A stretch of DNA of 64,000 bases from Corallochytrium limacisporum Hawaii (lineage: Eukaryota; Protista; Pluriformea): positions 21,266 through 85,265 of the forward strand of contig PDIP01000113.1 of NCBI GenBank assembly GCA_002811645.1, given 5' to 3'. Under the pieces are notes generated by a model. The model did no database searches and was not told where the DNA came from. It was given only the letters and a program-made list of their open reading frames with translations. Position 1 is the stretch's first letter, and each line of letters begins with the position of its first letter. A program made the position numbers and the translations under genes. Below, piece after piece: positions 32,802 to 42,092 of the stretch.

Positions 32802-33243
32802 CGCTCCCACACACTCGCACGCACTCAAGTCTCTTTCGTGCTCTCGTCCGGCTGTCCCCGTCTCCCCTCTCTCTCCCGGTGGTCTCCTGTGCTGACACCC
32901 CCCCCGCCCCGGGGCCTTTTCTCGATATTTTCACAGGGCCGCCAGGCCTTGCGGCATGCCCGCAAATGTACGGGTCAGTCGTTCAGGGCCAGACTTAAGA
33001 AGAAAAGGGCAAAAAAAAAAAGGCCGCGAGAAGAAGGAGGCTGGAAACGGGCACTCATGGCCCGGGGCCTAATTTTGCAATGGTTAGGTACTATTTCTTT
33101 ATCTGGCCCTCTTGACGGAGCCCGCTCAAGCCACCGGGGCGCACTCAAGTCATTTCGCCGGCGCGGAGAACGAGTGTCGATGGCAGTGGTAAGGGTTGAT
33201 CTATGTCTCTTGTTCGTACTGGGACGTGTATCATTCGCCATGG

Positions 33244-33873
33244 TTACCCGGGAACGTCGATGCCATGCTCCTGAAGCCAATGCAGAATCTGTGTAGGCAT
33301 CAAGTCTCGGTTAGTGTTGGGCTGCAGGTGCCAAAGTTCCGTCTCCGGACGCAGCTTGAGGCGGTTGATGAAGGGCGTTCCACGTTTAGCGATGGTTGCA
33401 ACCACCAGAATATTTCTGTCTGGGGAGGCAGCACTGTCAAGGACTGAGATCAGACGAGTACAGAAAGTTGGTGACAGGCACTCCATCTTTCCAATCTCAT
33501 CAATCAAGTACAGAGTGGCCTTGGTGGGCTCAGGCAAATAGTGGTCTAAGGATGTGTCAATGGCAGAAACATTCACAAAGTATTTGCCAACCCGGGGCAT
33601 ATCCGATGTTCCTGTTATAGAAGCCAGTTCAGCTTGTCTACTGCTACTGTTCGTTCCGTGGTGCAAGTCCACGAGTTTGAATCCGGTTCTTGAGCCCGTT
33701 CCATCCGATCTCGACCGCACCTCCAAGGTCAGGAACCCGGCAATGTGTGTAGTATCAGACCGTTGTTTCCCACCAGTTGCAAGTAATAGACGCTTTGCTA
33801 CGGTGTGAAGGGCTGTCGTCTTACCTGCTCCCGGTTCTCCGGTTAACAAGAGTACCCGTGATGCCGGTGACAT
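33244..33873 (-). CDS. NTPCR: NTPase_1/THEP1-family nucleoside triphosphatase (NTPCR-like)
   Basis: Walker A LLLTGEPGAGKTT, GFLTLEVR, RTGFKLVDL, PRVGKYFV, Walker B YLIDEIGKMECLSPTF, VVATIA. Confidence 0.92.
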   Translation of the reverse strand: MSPASRVLLLTGEPGAGKTTALHTVAKRLLLATGGKQRSDTTHIAGFLTLEVRSRSDGTGSRTGFKLVDLHHGTNSSSRQAELASITGTSDMPRVGKYFVNVSAIDTSLDHYLPEPTKATLYLIDEIGKMECLSPTFCTRLISVLDSAASPDRNILVVATIAKRGTPFINRLKLRPETELWHLQPNTNRDLMPTQILHWLQEHGIDVPG

Positions 33874-34160
33874 TTAGAATACTGAGCTATGGTATCGGTG
33901 TCATTGTCTTTGGGATACAATTTCTCTGCACGTCGAGATCTCTGTAAACAGTGTCATACCGTGCTCCATATACCATTGTCAGAGCTGATCTAGCTGTCTA
34001 TTTATTTGTATGACAGGTCATTAGACCCGTGCCCGTCACATGGTTACGCATTTGATGAGGTCAAATTCCAGCCATGGCTGAACCCTCTTGTCATCCCTAC
34101 AGGGTCAATGTGGCATACGGCAAAAGGGGACGAAAAAAAAAAGAAAAAAAAAGAAAGAGC

Positions 34161-34172
34161 AAAAAAAAAAAA
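34161..34172 (-). terminator. RNA polymerase III oligo-T terminator of tRNA-Leu
   Basis: T12 on the minus strand, 15 nt downstream of the discriminator base, followed by further T runs. Confidence 0.8.
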
Positions 34173-34187
34173 CCGAAGGTTTGCATA

Positions 34188-34302
34188 TGGTAAGAGTGGG
34201 AGATTCGACCAACCCTATCAAAACGGCTCGGTATTCGAACCCACGCCTCCGAAGAGATGTGGACTTGAGCCACACGCCTTAGACCAACTCGGCCATCTTA
34301 CC
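34188..34302 (-). tRNA. trnL-CAA: tRNA-Leu(CAA) with a 32-nt non-canonical intron in the T-loop (position 59/60)
   Basis: Minus strand: acceptor GGTAAGA/TCTTACC plus discriminator A; D arm GCC-GAGTTGGTCTAA-GGC; anticodon stem TGTGG/CCACA with loop CTCAAGT; class-II variable arm CTC-TTCG-GAG; T stem GTGGG/CCCAC. Removing 34202-34233 restores the T-loop TTCGAAT. Confidence 0.93.
34202..34233 (-). other. BHB-type tRNA intron TACCGAGCCGTTTTGATAGGGTTGGTCGAATC
   Basis: Strict bulge-helix-bulge: T stem, 4-bp helix TTCG/CGAA, 3-nt bulges AAT and TCT, outer helix ACCGA/TTGGT. Confidence 0.88.
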
Positions 34303-34509
34303 AGGCGAAATACATTACAACATACTCACACAGTACGCATTTCGGTATAGTAGTATAACTGGGGAAAATTAATATATATAGTGCTGAATATGCGAAACTT
34401 TGATTAGGGAAATATTCCGGGGGCGGTTGGCACGGCCCAATTGGCAAAGTGCTGCCAGAGGGGGGTGGCAGGTTGTACGCGCAGGTTGTACGCACCCGGA
34501 ATGTGGGCC

Positions 34510-35038
34510 ATGAAGGGCGGCAAGTTAAGTGATATGTCCCACTTCAGACTGCATTCTCCCAAAGTACAGACGAAGGGAGCACCACGTCGAAGCCCTAATC
34601 CAGAGTTGGTTAGGACCGCAAGTGGCGATGGCAATGGCCGCGGGCGGTCAATCTCGCCCACCCGCAGAACATTTCCTGAGCCGTCCGGCCGGCAGGTACA
34701 CGCCACATGTCCAACACAGTCCCGCGCGGCAGGCAGCATTGCACAAAAAGCAATCATAGCGCCTCGGGCAGGCCATGCAGAAGTTTTCGAGGAAGGATGA
34801 TGTTCTCCTGGCCACCGTCACCGGAACAAAATCCCCGCCACTGATAAGAACCCATGGCAGATTCCGCGAGCAGGTAGTTCGGCAAGGTCACAGCTTAGAT
34901 CAGCACGACCAAAGTGCACTGATGGACATGGTTTCGAAGATTGGGGGGACTTGCATGCTGCAGACAAGCTCCAAGGCGGAGCGTGAGCGCCAGCAACGCA
35001 TCATGGAGAGGCTCAAGCGAAGACCGCCCTGGAAGTGA
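34510..35038 (+). CDS. Possible small hypothetical gene (two overlapping ORFs, perhaps joined by a 64-nt intron 34696-34759)
   Basis: ORFs 34441-34800 and 34775-35038 overlap in different frames. CAG|GTACAC...ATCATAG would join them in frame. No recognisable domain and no clear branch point. Confidence 0.3.
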
Positions 35039-35282
35039 CGAGGAAGGCGCTGGTGTCTTGACACATCGGATCATGTAGTAAAAGCACAAACATCGTGGCA
35101 ATCTTATTGATATGATAGTCTTCTGTCGCTTCTGTCCTTTCGGTTTGATTTCGTAATGTGCTTTGTCTTGATTTGACTCTGACGTGTAGGTACCGCCGCC
35201 TTCCCGTGCCCCTTGCCCCAAAGCCGGACCCCCGGGCCTCCGACGGGCCCCGGAGAAGGGAAGGACTGGCTTTTTTCACCCA

Positions 35283-35307
35283 GGCCCCCCCCCCGGGGGG
35301 GGGGGCC
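35283..35307. promoter_or_regulatory. GG-C10-G11-CC palindrome upstream of TMX2
   Basis: Sequence directly visible; function inferred. Confidence 0.4.
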
Positions 35308-35725
35308 GGAAAATGGGCCCCAAAACCCACCCGCCGTGGGAGGGAGAGAGGCTTCCATAGTAGCACACAACCCACCCGCCAGGATTTTCCCTTTGAGTAG
35401 CTCGTCACCTGGGTTAGTATGAGTATCTTCAGGGGCAGGGGCGGGTGATCGGTGGTTGTTGTTGTCGGTGTGGGTGCTCGCTGTTGTCGTGGATGATGGT
35501 GTTGAGGACGAGTAGGAAGCGAGATATGGTACTCGTGAATGAAAATATGAAGATCCTAGATCGGTTGCACTAGCCAATGTTAGCAGAAGTATCGGATGAG
35601 GAAGAACGCAAGGGACCGGACGCGACATTCGGCAGCAACCGAGGAGTAAACAATACCCAGAAGCACAAGACACAGCTTCAGCCAATTGCGATAGACAGGA
35701 CGCGGAAAGAGAAGGAGAAACTAAG

Positions 35726-36535
35726 ATGTCGTCCTGGACAGACCGTCTGCGGCGGTTCGCAGCACCGTATTATGCTGCCAATCTAAGCCTTATCCTCGCA
35801 TGGCCCGCAGTTCGATACGGTGAGTACACCCAACATCTGTGGCCTGAAGCATGGTCCATGGAGACCAAGGAGCGTGAGATCATGATGCTTGCCGCTATCG
35901 TCACAGCGTTCCGCACGCAGCGGGACATTTCTACAGAGGCACAGCTGGCCACCATTTTTACGTTTTCCAAGCTCGCTATTGCGGTGATGTGTGCTGCGCA
36001 CAACATGATCTACGCCGCAATCTGGCTCGTAGCAGCAGCGATTGTCCATTTCGCCTTCCCGCAGCCTATGTACAAGGGACCAGAGAACGTCAAAATGCTC
36101 AGTCCTCAGGAAATGGAACGTGTCTTGGGCAATAAAAACGAGACATGGATCATCGAATTTTTCACGACATGGCACCCGAAGTGCATCGCGTTTGCTCCGG
36201 TGTGGGCGAAACTCAGTGAGCAATACGGTAGTCGGAAGCTGAAATTTGGCAAGGTTGATGTCGGACGGTATCGCATTGCTGCGCAAAAGATGCGCATCAA
36301 TGACGAAGCGACGACCAAACAGATACCAACTGTGGCCATCTTCCATAGGGGCGTTGTATTCCGCCAGCTGCCGGAATTACCCAAGGTTGGATCTGCTCAA
36401 CAGGACATCACAGCCATGAAGTTCTCCGAAGAGCTGGTTAGGGACCAATTTGAATTGCAAGAAGTCAGCAAGAAAGGGCCCGCCGCATCGCTGTTCAAGG
36501 GTGAAGCAAGAGGGGCCGGAAAGGAGAAGAAGTGA
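35726..36535 (+). CDS. TMX2: Thioredoxin-related transmembrane protein 2
   Basis: FAAPYYAANL, KEREIM, TM segment followed by PQPMYKGPENV, WIIEFFTTWHPKCIAFAPVWAKLS, LKFGKVDVGRY, KQIPTVAIF. C-terminal di-lysine GKEKK. Confidence 0.93.
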   Translation: MSSWTDRLRRFAAPYYAANLSLILAWPAVRYGEYTQHLWPEAWSMETKEREIMMLAAIVTAFRTQRDISTEAQLATIFTFSKLAIAVMCAAHNMIYAAIWLVAAAIVHFAFPQPMYKGPENVKMLSPQEMERVLGNKNETWIIEFFTTWHPKCIAFAPVWAKLSEQYGSRKLKFGKVDVGRYRIAAQKMRINDEATTKQIPTVAIFHRGVVFRQLPELPKVGSAQQDITAMKFSEELVRDQFELQEVSKKGPAASLFKGEARGAGKEKK

Positions 36536-37624
36536 AACAAGTCATTGTGCTCAACAGGGATATGGTAGTTAGTTCATCGGAACGGAAGCAGATGGGTCCA
36601 TCAAGGAAGCCAGAATTAAAAAACCTAGACGAAGATAATAAAAGAATTATAGCCACCAGAAGTCATCACCATCAATAGTTGTAACTGAGCGCTTGTCTGC
36701 GCTACCGGCACACCTGCCCGCCCCCACCAGCAGGTCCCCCGGCACCCCAGCCCCGCGCTCTCCAGACACAGAAACCTTCAGCTCGGTCCAAAGAAGGGCG
36801 GGCCATCCCCGCAGTTTACTCACTAACTCGGGACAGCACGGCGGGTTGCATCCACCATCGATGAGCAGGGAGATTGGCTGCTGGGGCTTTTGAAGCTGCC
36901 CCGATGAGGTCAGTGACGGGCGGTAACCAGCAGATGCGGACATTGAGTATGCGGGTAAAGGAACAGTGATTTTTGGTAACTCGCTTCTTGTCACGCAGCG
37001 CTCGCAGTGTCCGACCAAGAGAGTTCACCGACCTCGCCATAGTACTCGAGACTCTCAATGAAGACGGAGAGAACTACGAACAGCAGTGGATCCTCCCGTT
37101 GCTGCTTCCCAGCTGGTGATACAAAGCTTCAACTGGGATGTCGGGTGGAAAAGCGCAAACGGAAACGAGTTGCAAAGTACGGGTCCTAATACTCACACCA
37201 ATTTGTGGTTTGGGGGTAGACCACAATGAAGAGTGAAACAACACGCCCACCAGGGACAGTTGAAAGTTCAACTGTAACTGGCTGGTATGAATAGCGTGAC
37301 TTATGGACTTGTTGGTGTCATTGTGAGCCATTGATAAACAAGCGAACAGCGTCACGGGAAGTCGGCACCTCAACGTTGCGCTTGGATACAATCATGGAGT
37401 TGGGAAGAGAAGAGAAAGAATCCTAACAATATACTGGTACACCCACAGCCAGCTGAGAATTGTGAAAACGTTTGAGAACACGTTACCATGTATTCGGATT
37501 GCGCACGGTATGGTCGTGTTCTGGTGATGCTTTCGTCATTTCCCCCGCCAACTCCCCAATCCCCATCGGCCCACCCCCCCCCCGGGGGGGGGGGGTTGGG
37601 CAAGGGCAGGGGCATCTCCCTTTC

Positions 37625-37754
37625 NNNNNNNNNNNNNNNNNNNNNNNNNNNNNNNNNNNNNNNNNNNNNNNNNNNNNNNNNNNNNNNNNNNNNNNNNNNN
37701 NNNNNNNNNNNNNNNNNNNNNNNNNNNNNNNNNNNNNNNNNNNNNNNNNNNNNN
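37625..37754. other. Assembly gap (130 N) flanked by near-identical 83-bp copies (37542-37624 and 37755-37837)
   Basis: Both flanks read cccccgccaac...ccatcggccc-Cn-Gn-ttgggcaagggcaggg.catctccctttc. Confidence 0.95.
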
Positions 37755-37935
37755 CCCCCGCCAACCCCCCAATCCCCATCGGCCCCCCCCCCCCCCGGGG
37801 GGGGGGTGTTGGGCAAGGGCAGGGACATCTCCCTTTCGCTTCATCGCGCATCTTCGTTTGGTCAGCCACAGCTGGGATCGGCCCCAGCCTTAGCCCCGAC
37901 CCGGAGGAAACACACACGAAGGAAGACATTATCTG

Positions 37936-38005
37936 GTGAGAGCGGGCTATCAACATTTTGTCAGTCCCTATGGATAACACACACTTCATACTAACGACGC
38001 CGCAG
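37936..38005 (+). other. Candidate 70-nt spliceosomal intron outside any annotated CDS
   Basis: TG|GTGAGA at 37936, TACTAAC at 37989-37995, CAG at 38003-38005. Confidence 0.5.
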
Positions 38006-41000
38006 AAAAGGACAACCAAAATCTTGAATTGCGGTCTGCTAGGGTAGTGACAAGGTGTGCCGACAACCTAGTACCTGGTCGACCGCATCGTTTTGTTGAC
38101 CGTACTTGTCCGTTTCTTGTGAAGGGTTTGATGGGGTTTCACGACCACCAATACGCCTCCATGACGGAAATCAAACTTAAGGTTTGGGAATTTGAAATGG
38201 CCCGTACTTATCAATGTCACATTCTAAGGGGAATTTACAAACTCCGTACATTGTTCAGCATGCGCAACATATCGTAGTCTACCGTCTGACGAGCGACTTC
38301 TCTAACCCATCAGACATTGTGTTGTCGCGTGTGTGGCAGCACTCAGGACTTTGACACCTGGGGATATATAGGGAGTTTGGTGTGGAAGAATGTCCCAGAA
38401 CTCTCTTGATCCCAACGGTATCGGCACGCCAAGCGCACCCTCTGATTGGAGGTGACTGTTGGTGGCAAGGGACAGAATTTTCCCGGGATGGGATGTAGTA
38501 TTCTCGATCTGGACCTCCCCTGAGTCCCCTGCAGAACTTGGACCACTCAATGAAGTTGATTCTGAAATTGACCCCATTCGCCACCTCCTGAACTGCAAAA
38601 CTATTCCCCATGGCGAGCATGGTGTTCGTACTGTCATGGGCAGTGAAATCCCCGCATTCTCCATGTTGGAAGACTGCATGAAACTGAAACTGAAGTACCA
38701 ACGAAAAGATCTATCCCTTGGCAGCTAGTCCAAGATAAACGAGAAAAGCATGGTCCCCTCAAAAGAGGAGAGGATTGAAAGCAACCGCTCGACTACAGCT
38801 GGTACCGCACGACTGGGGCTGTATCAATCAAAACGATCGTAAGTCGGTGACCTGGGTACGTCATGTTCCCTCCCTTGAATAAATAGATGCGATAGTCTAC
38901 TAAAGCCAGCGTATGCCGCAGGTAACATGACGTGTACTACAAGATACGCATGTACCTCAGCGCTTGTCTGTGTTTTGCTGCAGAAAAGGACACAATAGCC
39001 CCAGTCTGTGTGATATCTCTCCCTGGGCTTTTCGATGCGATGGGATGCGTGTGCCCGCATTGAAGAGTTTGCGGTCCAACAGTTTTCCGGGCAGGAAAAA
39101 CGGACTACGTATTCCATTACATGTGTAATACGAAAGTGGTAGTATGATACAGGAGATTGGATGTCCCACCCGAACTCTCCACCCTGCTTGAAGTCTTCAA
39201 AATAGACGGTCCATAGACGACGAACTCGACCACTAGGTCCTCGGGAACTCGAGCTCGAACCTACGTAGCAGGGGTGGAGAGCCGCATGTCCTAACGCGTT
39301 GGGTTCGGGCGAACAACGTTCCGCAGCTCTTTCTGCGGCGCTCGCAATGTGACTGTGATAGCCGGTCTCGGTAAAAAGAGGGAAGTGCGAGCCTCCACAG
39401 TGTTGGATGTGGTATGCTCGTGAGCCCCCTTTCTGGTCACTTTCATAGCATCCACAGAGCCAATAAGGCTTTTGATTCTCAAGCAAGCTTTAGCGTAACG
39501 TATGTGAAACAAACAGGACTGAACAGGTGATGACTGTAGAGGAGGGTGGCTACTTACTGTAATCGGGGGGAAGCGTGGCTAACTGCGGATGGTATGGGGA
39601 GGGTGAGGCTCCTTTCGCGTGGCAATGAAGCATCCCCCCCGGTCCCCGGGGAGGGGCACAACAAATCCAACGACCACCAAGGGAACTATTAATTTTTATT
39701 CGATTACCCGCAACACTGAGAAAGTAAGAAGGTACAAGTCCCACATGGATATGGTGCATTTATCGTACAATAGCATACTACCGGTGGTACCATCATGCAA
39801 TGAAGATACCTGCGCACACGCAGCAGGTACACCCAACCGGACAACAAAGACCCACTCTCCTTGGGGATGAAGCGGTGCTGATTCCCCTTTTGTCGTCACC
39901 AATCTCATCTTCCTCATCAAAACACAATCCAATCTGCCCCCTCCCCCACCCCACCTTCTTCTCTTTCCTCCCCCCTTTCGCAGGAGCGCCGGGGAAACCC
40001 TGCCAGCGGAACCAAGGACCGCTGTCAACTTATTGCCAAAACACCCATCGGGGACATTCCCTTACACCTATAAAAACCTGAGTGAATGGGGATGCATTTT
40101 CTCTGAGGTTGTGGCTGTTATGGGACGAGACGCGTGCGTTCGGCAGGTAGGATGAGGACACGGGGCATATGCTTCGTTGACGACAATCTTCACAGACTCT
40201 CTGAAGAATTTCTTGCATGATGTTCCTCCCCATTTTGCTGTTCGGGCCTATGGTCAAGGTGGTGCCCAAGGCGATGGGGAAGTATAGATGAGTCCGTTTG
40301 GCTAGCAAGATTTGTTTAACGCGTGCTCTCGGAACTGAAGCGTTCCCCAAATCCACGTCTTAGAAAGGCGCGTACCAGTCGGTACCCCCAATGTGCGGAT
40401 CCCCGGTTTTAAGGAATCCCTGTCCCTCCCGGTGTTCAAGGAACTAAATGGAAACACACTTAACTTATTGCAAGGCACGTACGAATATCCCCAAGACCCA
40501 AAAGTGTATGGTATCAAAGGTATAAGATGCTACGATTCCCCACTGGATTTAAGGAATCGTTCCGCTCCGAAACAGCTGGTAAACTCCTCGGTTGAGTTCT
40601 GAACCACACGACGGATGGTAGTATAAGCTTGGGGAATTATGGGTAGGTATCGAAAGTGATTGTTTTGCCCCGTTTCAAGCGACTCCAGGCGTTCCCTTGA
40701 CCAGCAATGAAATATCCATCAGCTACCGATCACAAGTCCTGCAATAGAGAACGGAACTGAAAGATCTGTTTCCAATACAGTATTGTGATCAATGCGTTAC
40801 CATCTTTCTCAGGGATTACGATGCCGTTGCCAACCCCGCACATGGCGTCCAAATCTGGCTGCTGTTACAACACAGTATGGACGGTTTTTTTGTCCCGCAA
40901 AACGAAATCCCCCGTAGAAGAAATTGCAAGTCGGCAAGAAAGTGAAACTGACCTGACAATGATCGACCATTCAATACAAAAAGTGTGATGATCTGGGTAC

Positions 41001-42092
41001 CGTGACAGCGATAACGGAGAAGGGTATGACAACGGGGAAGAAAATCGGGCGCCACCGGGCCCCCGGGGAGTGGGGGGGGTGGACGGCGGTTCGGGAAAGC
41101 TGGCTGAGAGGGGAAAAATTAGACAAGGGACACCCCCCGCTGAATTTTCGTGTGCCACCCCTTCCGGCAGATAAAGGGGGATGTTAGCCTCCCCCTCACG
41201 CGAACGCACCTCGCACGCGTGAATGGGTACGTCATACACCCCTCCCTGTCGTCAAATGTTTGTGCCCCGGTGTTTCAGTATCGGCAGGGAACGACGTAGC
41301 TGGTGTTCAGTGAGCTTCGGGAGAAGGCGAATAGACACAAGTGGACACATGCACCCTTATGTAGTTGATGAGGACATTGTATTCTGGTCGTAGTCCAATT
41401 GCCTGGCTTTGATGGGACACCTGCACAATTTGGTCTAGAGGACAGTCGTCACCCAGTTCCCCTTCGAGTGAGATTGGGCCAGACTGTATTTTTGATTCTG
41501 TGTGACATGGTCCGAGTGTTACGCATGACAGTGAGTGCCTTCCCAATCTCCTCGTGGATGGGCACTGCACCTACTATCGCTTGACTCTGCGAAGACCGTT
41601 CGCGTACCGCCTGACAAGTGCCTGCAAGCTAAATCCCACGGCCGAGTTTGTGAAGGGTTCCTGGGGGAGACGGGGGAAAGGAAGGGAACCGGGGGGCACT
41701 GCACCAGTGGTCATCGGGGTGATCAGGGGAGTACCGGCTCCCAAATTCCCTGATGATAAGTTATTTTGTATATCTGTATCCGTACACCATGACATATCCT
41801 GATACCAGGAGGAATTATAAACGTAATTAAGGGACTCGAACAACCTTGTTAGTTTCTGCCATCAGCTAATTTTCAACGGCTGATCACCCGGGTGTGTGAA
41901 AGAATCGGAGTGTTCATACGCTGTACTTGTTCATACTACGCTCAAGGTCACAGTTAGTGCAGCCGTTACCCACAGACAGGAAGGCTACTGTACTATCTGC
42001 CTCATCCTAATCGCCCAATATTTTGCGACACATCAATGTAACCACAGCAAACAATGCCCATGGGCAGTGCCAAACTTTCATTTAGGCTGACT

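Noticed and set aside
32454-33296. ORFs with LSVC/RQTD repeats
   Set aside because: Translation artefacts of the TCTG/TC microsatellite.
37542-37837. 83-bp direct repeat as a mobile element or LTR
   Set aside because: The copies end exactly at the edges of an N gap and differ mostly in or near homopolymers; most likely unmerged contig overlap.
39215-39300. Minus-strand tRNA-Glu-like fragments (GTTAGGAC...CTCTC...GTAGGTTCGAG, then TCCCGAG...TAGTGG) suggesting a permuted tRNA
   Set aside because: The anticodon stem pairs poorly, the 3' T-stem and acceptor strands are missing, and no BHB can be formed.
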